From: Candidatus Latescibacterota bacterium
GTDB lineage: Bacteria > Latescibacterota > UBA2968 > UBA8231
Assembly: GCA_963422735.1 (NCBI GenBank)
Contig: OY730476.1
Coordinates: forward strand, 1,664,001-1,728,000
Direction: 5' to 3'
Length of the DNA: 64,000 nt
Made by a program: the position numbers and the translations under genes. The notes below the pieces were generated by a model. The model searched no databases, had not been told where the DNA came from, and saw only the letters and a list, made by a program, of their open reading frames with translations. Shown piece after piece: positions 29,990 through 40,370 of the stretch (positions are counted from its first letter, which is position 1; each line of letters starts with the position of its first letter).

Positions 29990-31084
29990 ATGCTTTGCCT
30001 CCGCTCTCAACGCCAGCTAGGCTCCTTCGCGCTCGATGTCGATATCGAGTGCCACCATGCCGTCACCGCCATCTACGGGCCGTCGGGCGCGGGTAAGACC
30101 TCGCTGCTCAACATGGTCGCCGGGTTGGTGCGGCCGGACGCCGGCGAAATGTCCTTGGACGGCCAAACCCTCTTCTCCTCGGCTCAGCACATCGATCTGC
30201 CGCCCGAGCACCGCCGCATTGGCTACGTGTTTCAAGACGATTTGCTCTTCCCGCACCTGAGCACCGAGGGAAACCTATGCTATGGCCGCAACCTGCTGCC
30301 GGCGGCGGCGCGCCGCTTTGCCTTGGACCAAATCGTCGATTTGCTCGAAATCGGTCCCCTGCTCAAACGCCGGCCGGAGCACCTGTCTGGCGGTGAGCGC
30401 CAGCGCGTCGCCTTGGGCCGTGCCCTGCTCGCTTCCCCGCGCCTCCTGCTAATGGACGAACCGCTAGCCTCGCTCGATCAGGGTCTCAAAAACCGCATCA
30501 TTCCCTACTTGTGCCACGTCCGAGACGCCCTCCATATCCCCATTCTCTACGTCAGCCACTCGGTCGCCGAAATCCTCGAACTCACCAGCCAAGTAGTAAT
30601 CCTCAACCGCGGCCAAGTAGTAGCGCACGGCGATTTTTTTAACATCGCCGCCCACCCCCAAGTCCTACCGTTGGTCGAAGAGCACGGCTTTGAAAACGTC
30701 CTCGATGTGGAAATTGCGGCGACCAACGCGGGGCGGGGCGTCTGCGAGGTGATGTGCCACGGTCAGCAGCTCAAAATTCCCTACTGCGAGCAACCCGCCG
30801 GCAGCCGCCTCTTCATCGGCATCCGCGCCGACGACATCGTCCTTGCCCGCCAGCGACCCGAAGGGCTGAGCGTGCGCAATGCGTTGCAGGGAACTATCAG
30901 CGCAATCGCCGATGTGGGGGGGAAACAGCTCATCTACGTGGATGTCGGGCGTCGGCTGGCCGCCAAGACGACCCCAGAAGCCATCGAGGAAATGCAGCTC
31001 GGCATCGGCGATTCGATCTACTGCCTCGTCAAAACCCACTCCATCCGCTTGGGACCGCAGTTGGGCCGGCCGGATAAGCGTTGA
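29990..31084 (+). CDS. modC: molybdate ABC transporter ATP-binding protein
   Basis: GPSGAGKT, LSGGE, MDEPLASLD; TOBE domain with LSVRN. Confidence 0.95.
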   Translation: MLCLRSQRQLGSFALDVDIECHHAVTAIYGPSGAGKTSLLNMVAGLVRPDAGEMSLDGQTLFSSAQHIDLPPEHRRIGYVFQDDLLFPHLSTEGNLCYGRNLLPAAARRFALDQIVDLLEIGPLLKRRPEHLSGGERQRVALGRALLASPRLLLMDEPLASLDQGLKNRIIPYLCHVRDALHIPILYVSHSVAEILELTSQVVILNRGQVVAHGDFFNIAAHPQVLPLVEEHGFENVLDVEIAATNAGRGVCEVMCHGQQLKIPYCEQPAGSRLFIGIRADDIVLARQRPEGLSVRNALQGTISAIADVGGKQLIYVDVGRRLAAKTTPEAIEEMQLGIGDSIYCLVKTHSIRLGPQLGRPDKR

Positions 31085-31110
31085 CACGACAAACACCCGC
31101 CTTTTATACT
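31081..31110 (+). promoter_or_regulatory. sigma70-type promoter
   Basis: TTGACA-N18-TATACT, ending about 55 nt before ATG 31165. Confidence 0.55.
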
Positions 31111-31164
31111 TTTTACAGATGAGTACAGGCTATCCCCTGAGCACTCCAACCTAAGAGGCTCGCC

Positions 31165-31848
31165 ATGACTGTCATCACGGTTGCCCGCCAGCTCGGCAGC
31201 TTTGGCGACTGGATCGCCGAGCAGTTGGCCGCCAAGCTGAGCTACGAATTCATTGATCGCCGCCTCGTCGAAGAGATCGCCAGCATCACCGACACCTCGG
31301 TCGAAGAGGTTGAGCGCTACGACGAAAAGGGAGAGGGCCGGCTCAAGTTCTTCCTCAAGAAATTGCTCGTGCCCGAAGTCGCTCCGGGGACTTTTCCCCT
31401 ATCAGCCGCCGCATACGCGCCCGAGTTTGGGCTCGAATTTCCCCACATGCGCGATCACGAGGTCGGCGAAGCGACGTACCTCGACCGCGGCACGTACCAG
31501 CTACTCATCACGACCCTCGTGCAGGAGTTTGGCCAAGACGGCAAGGCCGTCATCGTCGGCCGGGCTAGCCAAGTCATTCTCGCCAATCTCCCCAATGCCT
31601 GCCACGTCAAGATCATCGCCCCGCTCGAAACGCGGATTGGACGATTGATGCAGACCCGCGACGTGGATCGCGAGCAAGCGCAGAAACTCATCGAGCAACA
31701 CGACCAATGGCGTCAGAGTTACCTGCGCAACTTCCACCAAGCCGATTGGAACGACCCCCTGCTCTACGATCTGACGATCAATACCGGCAAAATAGACCGA
31801 GCCGCCGCCGTCGATCTCCTCGCCAGCTTCTTAGCCAGCCGGGAGTGA
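31165..31848 (+). CDS. cytidylate kinase-like family protein
   Basis: ITVARQLGSFG, VIVGR, YDLTINT. Confidence 0.88.
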   Translation: MTVITVARQLGSFGDWIAEQLAAKLSYEFIDRRLVEEIASITDTSVEEVERYDEKGEGRLKFFLKKLLVPEVAPGTFPLSAAAYAPEFGLEFPHMRDHEVGEATYLDRGTYQLLITTLVQEFGQDGKAVIVGRASQVILANLPNACHVKIIAPLETRIGRLMQTRDVDREQAQKLIEQHDQWRQSYLRNFHQADWNDPLLYDLTINTGKIDRAAAVDLLASFLASRE

Positions 31849-32282
31849 ACCTGCCGGCAAACAGAATCCAGTAAGCGGCGCGACGTTGGATAGTCTTGCG
31901 GAGAGCAGGGAAAATATAAGTACTTAATCGCCGGAACTCTCGGGGGGTGATGGGGTCTGTGATAGGCGACTCATACGGCGGGGAAGGTGTATTCGGCTAT
32001 TCGGCTGGAGCTGCGATTGACGTCAAAACATCTGATCCACTCGACCGCTCCATCCAGTCTCTAGGCGGCAGTGTAGTGGGACTTCTCCGGGGCTTGGGGC
32101 AACCTAGTCGGAATGGCGGCGAGACTTACCATCGTATTAAGGCACGGGATCGTAGAAGCGTCTTTAGATCTTGCCCTGACGTCCCGCCTGCTCGTTTGCC
32201 GAATGTAGCCAAAATTCATATCCTATTATATTTTATGTCCGCATGTTCGCCATTATTCACCTTTCATCCTAGGGGAGCTACA

Positions 32283-32528
32283 ATGGCCAAGTCGATGTTT
32301 TCTCGGGAAGTCGCCATCAAGCTCGAAGGCGAAATCGATGCCTTTCAAGCCTGTCGCATTCTATCGCAACGCGCACGAGACATCAACATAGAGCGCAAAG
32401 GGAGAGAAACCAAAAGCGCGATTCCCGCAGAAGAGTTGCCCAATTCGTCGGCTAGTGCCATGCTGGATTTTGCCGAGGGGCGCATCGCCCTCGTTCCAGA
32501 AGAGAGTGCGGACTCAGACGAGGCCTGA
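32283..32528 (+). CDS. divergent RNA polymerase omega-subunit-like protein
   Basis: 81 aa from ATG 32283 with GGAG RBS; F...ILSQRARDIN and AMLDFAEGRI resemble RpoZ conserved regions. Confidence 0.6.
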   Translation: MAKSMFSREVAIKLEGEIDAFQACRILSQRARDINIERKGRETKSAIPAEELPNSSASAMLDFAEGRIALVPEESADSDEA

Positions 32529-32752
32529 ATCGCCCGCCGCTAGCTACAGCCCACCTACGCTCCTTGTGGGCCTGCCTTCGCTGCCGTCTCCAACGAAAAG
32601 CCAACATCTAGCCATCGCGCTGTCGGTCGCGTAGCTGTGCTTGCTGACTGAAAGGAGGCTGGGGACGGGGTCGTCTGCTCGGCGGGTTTTACGTCACCCT
32701 TTGCCACAGCGCGAAAAAGGCGCTTCCACTAAACGCCTGTAAAGGAGGCGTC

Positions 32753-33691
32753 ATGGGCCTAGAAAAAAACTGCTGTCCCCGCCGCCGCTGGGGCAAGACC
32801 CAGCTTTCCATACCAGTAATCCCATTCGGGACGCAAGGATTCGGCGGTCACTTCGGGCCGGTCAACGACGAAGAGGCCATGGCCCTGATGCGCCGGGCCG
32901 TCGATTTGGGTGTCAATCACTTCGACTGCGCCCGCTGCTACGGCGACTCGCTGCACAAGCTGGGCCGCGCGATCAAGGAAGGCGTCATCACCCGCAACGA
33001 GATCATCATCAGCGGGCGCGTATGCTGCCACAGTGCCGCCGCGTGGGGTGGCTACGGCGAGGGACGGCCCGACTACTCGGCTGCGCGGGTTTGGGCCGAT
33101 GTTGAAGACCAGTTAAAAATCCTGGGGATCGAGAAATTCGACGCGATCTTCCTCCACGACCCGCACGAGATGGAGCCAACCCTTGAGGCGAGCGGCGCGC
33201 TCGAAGGGCTAGAACGGGCGCGCCAGCAGAGTGCGGTGGACTTCATCGGCTATGGCATGAGGCCCCACGACTTTCACCTAGAGCATATTGCTTCGGGCCG
33301 CGCCGACGTGATGTTGTGCTTCAACGACTACAACTTGCTCCAGCAAAGCGCAGCCGACGCTATCCTACCAGCGGCCGCGGCCGCTGATCTCGGAGTACTC
33401 AACGGTTGGTCGATCATGCGCGGCTGGCTGACGGGCGTACCCGTGGAGCACTTTATACCACGCAACAAGTGGGGCGAAGACCAGCAACGGGCCGAGGCCA
33501 TGCGCTTGTGGTGCGGCGAGCAGAGCATCGACATGCTGGAGCTGACGTTGCAATTTTGCTTGCGCGAGGAACGAATCCACGGCAACCCAATCGGCTCGCT
33601 GAACATCGAGCAGCTAGAGCGGAACGTCGCGGCCGCCATGGCCACCGTAGCGGACGAAACCATCGCCGCATTTAGGGCCGCAGCCCTTTGA
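32753..33691 (+). CDS. aldo/keto reductase
   Basis: GVNHFDCARCYG, FLHDP, GALEGL; AGGAGG RBS. Confidence 0.9.
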   Translation: MGLEKNCCPRRRWGKTQLSIPVIPFGTQGFGGHFGPVNDEEAMALMRRAVDLGVNHFDCARCYGDSLHKLGRAIKEGVITRNEIIISGRVCCHSAAAWGGYGEGRPDYSAARVWADVEDQLKILGIEKFDAIFLHDPHEMEPTLEASGALEGLERARQQSAVDFIGYGMRPHDFHLEHIASGRADVMLCFNDYNLLQQSAADAILPAAAAADLGVLNGWSIMRGWLTGVPVEHFIPRNKWGEDQQRAEAMRLWCGEQSIDMLELTLQFCLREERIHGNPIGSLNIEQLERNVAAAMATVADETIAAFRAAAL

Positions 33692-33703
33692 ACAGGAGCA
33701 ACC

Positions 33704-34480
33704 ATGCGCATGAGTGCTGCTGAAGAGTACTACGCGCAAACGATGGAACTGTTGCAACGTCTGCGCGACACCCAGATGGAACCGCTAGGACGAGCCGCCG
33801 CGATCTGCACCGAGAGCATTGCCAACGGCGGGTTGGTCTTTCTCTTTGGCGCCGGGCACTCGCGGATGATGTGCGAGGAAATGACGCCGCGCCAAGGATG
33901 TTTCGTGGGGTTTTTTGCGTTGGTCGAGCTCGCAGTATCAACCCATGCATCGATCGTCGGCACCAACGGGTTGCGCGGGCCGCTCTTTTTGGAGAAGTGC
34001 GAAGGCTACGCCGAGGAGATTCTCCAAGGGTTCGAGTTTGGGCCGCACGATGCCTTTATCTTGATTTCGACGAGTGGTATTCGGCCCCTGATTGTCGAGA
34101 TGGCCATGGGCGCTAAGGCGCGGGGTTTGCCCGTGATCGCCATGTTGTCGAAGCCGCACGGCGACCAGTCGCCGCCAGCGCACTCGTCGGGCCAGAAGCT
34201 GATGGATCTAGCCGACGTCGTCCTCGACAACCAATGTCCGCCGGGGGACTGCGTGCTCGAACTAGAGGGATTGGAGTGGCGGACCGGGCCGGTATCGACG
34301 GTGACCGGCGCGATGATGATGAATATGCTGCGCTGCGAGGTGGCCGAGCGGTTGTTGGCGCGGGGGATAAAACCGGAGCTATTGCCGAGCCATCAGTTTG
34401 TGGGCAATGCAAGTGCGGAAGAGCAGCTAGAGCGGTTTTACGGAGGCTACCGCAAGAGCCTCAAGCATTTGTACGAGTAG
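33704..34480 (+). CDS. SIS domain sugar isomerase-like protein
   Basis: FGAGHS, ISTSG, DVVLDN...GD, GPVST. Confidence 0.88.
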   Translation: MRMSAAEEYYAQTMELLQRLRDTQMEPLGRAAAICTESIANGGLVFLFGAGHSRMMCEEMTPRQGCFVGFFALVELAVSTHASIVGTNGLRGPLFLEKCEGYAEEILQGFEFGPHDAFILISTSGIRPLIVEMAMGAKARGLPVIAMLSKPHGDQSPPAHSSGQKLMDLADVVLDNQCPPGDCVLELEGLEWRTGPVSTVTGAMMMNMLRCEVAERLLARGIKPELLPSHQFVGNASAEEQLERFYGGYRKSLKHLYE

Positions 34481-34516
34481 CGTTTCAACGCCTCTACAAA
34501 CCCCTTCCACTGAACC

Positions 34517-35296
34517 GTGAGTACTCTCAAAAACAAAGTTTGTCTGATTACCGGCTCTACCGGCATCGCCGAGGCCACGGCTCTGCACGCAGCCGAGGAA
34601 GGGGCCAAGGTATTCGTCGCCTCGCGCACGGAAGACCATTGTAGGGTACTCGCCGAGAAGTTGGGTGCCCAAGGGGCGCATCGGGCAGCCGATCTGACGC
34701 AGCAGGAACAGGTCGCCGAAGCCGTGGGGGCCTGCGTGGAGCAGTGGGGGCGAATCGACGGGCTGTTCAATGTGGCGGGGATCAGCGGGCGGCGCTTTGG
34801 CGACGGGCCGCTGCACGAGTGTACAGAGAAAGGGTGGGACGCAACGCTGGACGCCAACGCCAAGAGCGCGTTTTTGGTGTGCCGCACCGTGCTGCAACAA
34901 ATGTTGACCCAAGAACTTTGCGAGGATGGAGTACGGGGAGCGATTCTCAACATGGCCAGTGTGTTGGCCTTTTCGCCGGAGCGGAAGTTTTTTGCCTCGC
35001 ACGCCTATGCGGCCAGCAAGGGGGCGATTGTGGCACTGAGCAAGGCCATGGCCAGCTACTACGCGCCGCACGGAATCCGGGTCAATGCCATTGCGCCGGC
35101 GCTGGTGGAGACGCCCATGAGCCAGCGGGCCGGAGAAAGCGCGGAGATCATGGCGTTTATGCGCGACAAGCAGCCGCTCGGGGCGATGATGAGTGCGGCG
35201 GATGTGGCTGGGATGGCGGTCTTTTTGCTGGGGGACCGAGCGCGGGCGATTACCGGAACTGTGGTGACCGTAGATGCAGGCTGGTGCGTGAGCTAA
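34517..35296 (+). CDS. SDR family oxidoreductase
   Basis: TGSTGI, NVAG, YAASKG, VNAIAP, VDAG. Confidence 0.92.
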   Translation: MSTLKNKVCLITGSTGIAEATALHAAEEGAKVFVASRTEDHCRVLAEKLGAQGAHRAADLTQQEQVAEAVGACVEQWGRIDGLFNVAGISGRRFGDGPLHECTEKGWDATLDANAKSAFLVCRTVLQQMLTQELCEDGVRGAILNMASVLAFSPERKFFASHAYAASKGAIVALSKAMASYYAPHGIRVNAIAPALVETPMSQRAGESAEIMAFMRDKQPLGAMMSAADVAGMAVFLLGDRARAITGTVVTVDAGWCVS

Positions 35297-35310
35297 CGCA
35301 AGGAGGGCGC

Positions 35311-36288
35311 ATGAAAGAATACGTCATTGGCTTTGACGTGGGCGGCACTCGGGTCAAAAGCGGCGCGGTAACTCGGCGGGGGCGGATGCTGGCACCCGGC
35401 ATCAATCCGTCGGGTTTTGCGCTGGGCATGAGTAATTTGCTCAAGACGCTGCAAGAAGAATGCGCACGGATTGCCAAGCGGCTAGGCGGCAAGCCGCAGG
35501 CGATTGGCTTGGGCTTTCCCGGGGCGGTCGATCCCGAGGTCGGCGTGGTGTACATGCCGGGAAAGATCAAGGGGCTGGAAGGCTATCCCATTGTCAAACG
35601 GCTGGCCAAGGCCACGGGTGTCCCGGTCGTCGCCGACAACGACGGCCGCATCTCTATCTACGCCGAGCGGCACTACGGCCTAGCGCGGGATTTGGACTGG
35701 GCAGTGACGATCACCATCGGCACGGGGGTCGGCTCTGGAGTTTTGCTCGACGGCAACATCCTGCGCGACCCGCATCTCCAATTTGGGACGCAGATGAGCC
35801 ATATCGTCATGCAGGCCCTCGGCGGGCGGCTGTGCCTGACCAACGCACGGGGCACCGCCGAGATGATGTGCTCGGCCACGGCCCTGACTCAGCAGGTGCG
35901 GGATGGGCTGGCGCGCGGCATTCCCTCGGTTTTGAGCGACCAGTATTTCAAGGACCCCAGCTCGATTGACTTCAAGGCCGCGATCCGCGGCGTGGTGCGC
36001 CAAGACCGGCTCTGCATGGACGAACTGGAGCACTGGACCCGCAACCTAGGCTGGCTACTGGTGAGCGCGGTACACGTGTACGCTCCCCAGCAGATCATCC
36101 TCAGCGGCGGGGCGACCAATGCGGCCGAGCACTTTCTCAAGCCGCTGCAAGAGCAAGTGAACGAACACCTCTTCCGCCATCCAGCGGGCGCCGGCGTACC
36201 GATTGTGCTATCCAAGCTGCGCGATCACGCCGGCGTTTTGGGGACGGCGGCTCTAGCTTGGGAAAAGGTGGATGGAGGCCAATCGTGA
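35311..36288 (+). CDS. ROK family sugar kinase
   Basis: ATG 35311 after AGGAGG; FDVGGT, FPG.VD, DND, IGTGVGSG. Confidence 0.9.
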   Translation: MKEYVIGFDVGGTRVKSGAVTRRGRMLAPGINPSGFALGMSNLLKTLQEECARIAKRLGGKPQAIGLGFPGAVDPEVGVVYMPGKIKGLEGYPIVKRLAKATGVPVVADNDGRISIYAERHYGLARDLDWAVTITIGTGVGSGVLLDGNILRDPHLQFGTQMSHIVMQALGGRLCLTNARGTAEMMCSATALTQQVRDGLARGIPSVLSDQYFKDPSSIDFKAAIRGVVRQDRLCMDELEHWTRNLGWLLVSAVHVYAPQQIILSGGATNAAEHFLKPLQEQVNEHLFRHPAGAGVPIVLSKLRDHAGVLGTAALAWEKVDGGQS

Positions 36289-37313
36289 AAGAGCAACCCC
36301 TGCGCACCACCGTTATCGGCTCCTATCCCTTCCCGAGCTGGCTCGAATACGCATCTGAGCATCTCAATGCCTTCGGCCCGGACGATATCGCCGAAATGCA
36401 GGACGACGCGGTCGTTGCCGCGCTCGGCGACCAAGTGCGCGCTGGGTTGGACGTAGTCACCGACGGAGAGCAGACCCGCTTTGATTTTAACCTCTCCTTT
36501 TACGGCTATCTCGAAGGCATTGACCTTGAGTCCGCACCGCCGAGGCACTTCGGCCCCCCCGCCCACGACCAGCGGGGACATCGCGCAATCACTGGCCCCC
36601 TGCAAGCACCGCACGGCTTGGGCGCGGTGGGGGAATTTGCGCGGCTCAAGCGATTGGCACCAGCAGGACCGACGCTCAAGGCCAGCGTACCGGGGCCTTA
36701 TACGTTGAGCGGCCGATTGGTGCCCAACGACCAGTACCCGGATCGCTGGGCCGTGACCGAGGCCCTGTTGCCGATTGTGCGGCGCGAGTTGGAGGCACTC
36801 TGTGCGGCGGGTTGCACGGAGCTGACTGTCGATGAGCCGTCGATGAGTTGCTATGCCCACCGCGAGGATCCAGCGCGCTTCGTCGATATCTTCAACCGCA
36901 CGATCGAATCTGTCGTGGGAAAGTGTCGGCTCTCGACCCATCTGTGCTTTGGCAACTACAAGGGCCGCGCCGTGGGGCTGCGCCGCTACTCGCCCATGTT
37001 CCCGGCCTTCTTGGACATGCAGGTCGATGAGATGCACGTCGAGATGGCCAGCCGCGAGTTCGCCGAGCTGGAGATCATCGGCCCGATCGCCGCGAAGATG
37101 GACGCGGCCGTGGGGATCATCGACGTGAAGAGCTACTACATTGAAACCGTAGAGGATATCGCGGCGCGGGTGGAGGCTTGTTTGGAGTATGCCTCGGCCG
37201 ACAGGCTCTCCTTCGCGCCCGATTGCGGGCTGAGCCAAACGGCGCGCTGGGCAGCAAAGCAGAAGCTGGCGAACATGGTGGCTGGGGTACGCGCCGTGCG
37301 GGAGAAGCTATGA
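36285..37313 (+). CDS. cobalamin-independent methionine synthase II family (catalytic-domain-only, Zn-binding) protein
   Basis: TTVIGSYP, TDGEQTR, HLCFGN, PDCGL. Confidence 0.88.
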   Translation: MKEQPLRTTVIGSYPFPSWLEYASEHLNAFGPDDIAEMQDDAVVAALGDQVRAGLDVVTDGEQTRFDFNLSFYGYLEGIDLESAPPRHFGPPAHDQRGHRAITGPLQAPHGLGAVGEFARLKRLAPAGPTLKASVPGPYTLSGRLVPNDQYPDRWAVTEALLPIVRRELEALCAAGCTELTVDEPSMSCYAHREDPARFVDIFNRTIESVVGKCRLSTHLCFGNYKGRAVGLRRYSPMFPAFLDMQVDEMHVEMASREFAELEIIGPIAAKMDAAVGIIDVKSYYIETVEDIAARVEACLEYASADRLSFAPDCGLSQTARWAAKQKLANMVAGVRAVREKL

Positions 37314-38260
37314 GCTATAAACCACTCGCCGTCCAGCGACCCGATCGCTACAAAGTCTCCACGGCGGAATACGCCCAGTACCAGAGGCAGGGTTTTCTAG
37401 TCGTCGAACGCTTGGTCGATATGGAGGCTCAAAGCGCATGTCATGGCCATGCTCAACGGCCAAATCGACGTTCCCGGCCAAGAGCCTCCGGCCCCGGGAG
37501 CGACGGAGGCGGAGCTGGTGCAGCGTTTCACGCGGGTGCATCAGCTACACCGCTGGGACGCCACCTGCGAGTGCTTTTTGCTACACCCGCGCATCTTGGA
37601 CGTTTTGGAGGTGCTCATCGGGCCGGATGTGCTGGCCTTGCAGACCATGCAGTTTTTCAATGCGCCGGGCATGGGCGGACAGGGTTGGCACCAAGATTCC
37701 TATTATATCACAACCTACCCAGATACCCTCATCGGCACTTGGTTGGCCTTGGAGCGGGCCGACGAAGAGAACGGCTGTCTGTGGGGCGCGCCCGGGTCGA
37801 ATCACGAGCCTATTTATCCATATGAAAGTCGGGGACACCTAGTCCACGCCGAGAGAGCCTTTGACGAAATTGAGGCCGTGGAGGGGATTAGCGGTCAATA
37901 CGCTGTCGGGAGTGGCGCGGCGCTACGGTGCTGCGGTGCCGGTAGTGGTAGAGGCCGGAGATGTAGTGCTCTTCCATCCGCATCTCCTGCACCGCTCCCA
38001 TTCCAATCGGTCGCCCGACCGCTGGCGTCGGGCTTTTGTCAGCCATTACTGCAATACCCGCTCTTGGGTGCTGTAGAACCACGGGATGCCATATAAGGTA
38101 CCGGCGGCCCATTACAAACACATTCTGGCGCGCGGGCGGACCATCTGCCCTTTGCCCGCCCCGCATTCGGTGCGCCGTGCGCGGCGTTGGCAACCGATGC
38201 AAATGGCGCTCCCGAGCGCATGGTGGCCAGTGGCGGCGATATGGAGAACGGGAGGCCTAG
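37310..38260 (+). pseudogene. phytanoyl-CoA dioxygenase (PhyH) family, frameshifted
   Basis: GWHQDSYY and GDVVLFHPHLLHRS occur in different frames; in-frame TAG near 38074. Confidence 0.85.
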
Positions 38261-39063
38261 GGTTTATGATCCGTGTCAATGGGCACTTCGTCATTGTCTA
38301 GGAAGCGCTCGGTAGTGTTGTGGGTCGCCGGGCTGGTGCGGAAATCGGCGATCCAAGGCTGGCGGAAATAAGCCTGTTTTTCGCGCGGCAGACTGTGCAG
38401 CACCACTGGGGGGATCTTCAGCCGGTGCCAGTGGGTGGCCAAATGCGAATAGGCATGGAGGACGGTGACGCGCGGGGTATCGCGATTCCACACCGGTCCG
38501 GCGTGACACAAGTTTTCGGTAAAAAAAACCGCGCTGCCGGCCGGGCAGGCGTACGTGGTGAGGAAGGGACTGCGCTTGCCCTCTTCCAGCGACAGGTGGT
38601 CTTCGTGAATGGGGAATTCCGACTTGTGGCTGCCGAGTAAGAAATGGGTGCTCTGATCTTCTAGGGCAATATCGGTCAATTCAAAAATAACCCGCACCAT
38701 ACCGGCGTGGATGCGCCCGTTTTTCACCCGGTAGCCAAAAATGGGATCGGCTTGCCCGGGGCCACCCCCGTGCAGCGGGCCGTGCTTCTCGCCCTTTTTG
38801 CGCCAGACGCAGCTACAGCCTTCCAGCCGGATATCGGGCCCGATTACCTCCCGAATTACATCGACCACTTGGGGATGGTCGATCAGTACGCTGGCCGGAC
38901 CGCCGGGCACGTCGCGGTGTTCGGACGGCAGCGATTGGGGATCGTGTTTGATGCGGTTGATCTGATCGACCATGGCGGCGACTTGGTCGGGAGTGAGTAT
39001 GGCGGGACGTACCAAAAAGCCGGTGAGGTCAAAGCGAAATCGTTCTTCTTCGGTCATGGCCAT
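38257..39063 (-). CDS. PhyH-family Fe(II)/2OG dioxygenase-like protein
   Basis: RFDLTGFLV, LHGG (non-canonical HxD), GSHKS, FTENLCHAG. Confidence 0.8.
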   Translation of the reverse strand: MAMTEEERFRFDLTGFLVRPAILTPDQVAAMVDQINRIKHDPQSLPSEHRDVPGGPASVLIDHPQVVDVIREVIGPDIRLEGCSCVWRKKGEKHGPLHGGGPGQADPIFGYRVKNGRIHAGMVRVIFELTDIALEDQSTHFLLGSHKSEFPIHEDHLSLEEGKRSPFLTTYACPAGSAVFFTENLCHAGPVWNRDTPRVTVLHAYSHLATHWHRLKIPPVVLHSLPREKQAYFRQPWIADFRTSPATHNTTERFLDNDEVPIDTDHKP

Positions 39064-39140
39064 GGGATATCTCTCGGGAAAGCGTTTTTCTGGTGGGTTT
39101 AGGAAACGACTCGGTCAACTGAAGCCGAGGGTAGCCGTCT

Positions 39141-40274
39141 TCAGTTGACCCCCTGCATGAGGCGTTGGGTGATGGAGCCTTCCTGGGTCAGGGCATAGAC
39201 GATCACGTTGACCGCCATCTGATTGTAGCGCGGGTTGCTGCCCCAGCCTACGTTGTCGATGCCGACCATCCGGCCGCGAATGAAGTACCCGTTGACGATG
39301 TCCCTCCAGTCAACTTGGCCTCCAGTACCGCCTTTCAGCGCGAAAAAAGCATTGAAAATGGGATGGTCCAAGGGTAAGCGTTCTTTCCAGAAATCGTACC
39401 CGTCCACTAAGCCGCCGTACTTTACCAAGGCTTCGCGGTGGTAGCCTCCCAAAACGAAGCCCCCAGACAGCATATAGCGAGCGTAGTTTTCCATCTCGAT
39501 CTCGTTGAGGGAGCCTTGAGGGATGAGAATCGGCAGTTCGAGTAGGCGTCTGTCGTCGTAGGTGATCGTGCCGATAAACTTAGCTTCGAGTCCGGTGTAC
39601 TCATTGATGACGTCGCACAAGGCGTCGATTGAGCGCAGATTCAAATTGCCGTAGCCCTGTATTTGACCGGTAACAGCGCGGGCCGAAATCACATGGGCTA
39701 TTTTGATGAAGCCCTTGACCGCTTGGGGATCGCTGACGTTCTGGATGACCATGGCCCGGTAGCGGCCGGTATCCATGCTATTGACATCGAGCATCTCCAA
39801 GGCCATGTCGATTTTGTGCTCCGGCATCCGCGTGCTGGTCACCGAGGTGGAGACGAGCTTGGGCTCGAGTACAAAGCTGTTTGCGGTACTAGCGGTAATC
39901 GGCTTGAACAAGCCAATACCCGAGTTGCCGACGTGGCTGGAAATCAACGAGCGAACATTGAAGTGGGTCGTGGCCTGCACTTGATCTAGGCGGGCGGCGG
40001 CCAAGTGGACTTGGTGGCGGGCTAGTTGGCGCTTGAGCTTGGGGATTTTGCGCAGTTCTAAGGGCTTGGTCAAGCGGGGCTCGCGCTTGATGAATTTGGT
40101 ACTGAGAGGCCGGGAGGCTTTGGTTTCGACTTGTTGGAAGGGGTTGAGAGCGACGAAGACCGACGTGAGGGCGATGGCTAGCACCAAGGACAGGAAAAGG
40201 CCTCGGTACTGGCGACGGACCAATTCGGCGAGGTCAAAACCGGAAGCAGGGGAAACGAAACGGGAAGAACTCAT
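39141..40274 (-). CDS. DUF4159-domain membrane-anchored protein
   Basis: N-terminal TM; DTGRYRAMV; YMLSGGF; HPIFNAFF; NVIVYALT. Confidence 0.75.
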   Translation of the reverse strand: MSSSRFVSPASGFDLAELVRRQYRGLFLSLVLAIALTSVFVALNPFQQVETKASRPLSTKFIKREPRLTKPLELRKIPKLKRQLARHQVHLAAARLDQVQATTHFNVRSLISSHVGNSGIGLFKPITASTANSFVLEPKLVSTSVTSTRMPEHKIDMALEMLDVNSMDTGRYRAMVIQNVSDPQAVKGFIKIAHVISARAVTGQIQGYGNLNLRSIDALCDVINEYTGLEAKFIGTITYDDRRLLELPILIPQGSLNEIEMENYARYMLSGGFVLGGYHREALVKYGGLVDGYDFWKERLPLDHPIFNAFFALKGGTGGQVDWRDIVNGYFIRGRMVGIDNVGWGSNPRYNQMAVNVIVYALTQEGSITQRLMQGVN

Positions 40275-40370
40275 CGCGCCCTCCTGAGAGGAGGTTGAAG
40301 AGAGCAGCCGCCAAATCGGTGCTCAAGATATCCCAATCCACCGCTGCAATCAAGCACAGCTCACACCCGA

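Noticed and set aside
31947-32282. N-terminal 112 aa of the 193-aa ORF
   Set aside because: No recognisable motif; the RBS supports a start at 32283.
32530-32700. Nested short inverted repeats suggesting an ncRNA
   Set aside because: Stems are only 6-7 bp in GC-rich DNA and match no RNA family I recognise.
34744-35310. Long N-terminal extension on the ROK kinase (514-aa ORF)
   Set aside because: Overlaps the SDR gene; a clear RBS and ATG at 35311 give a normal ROK.
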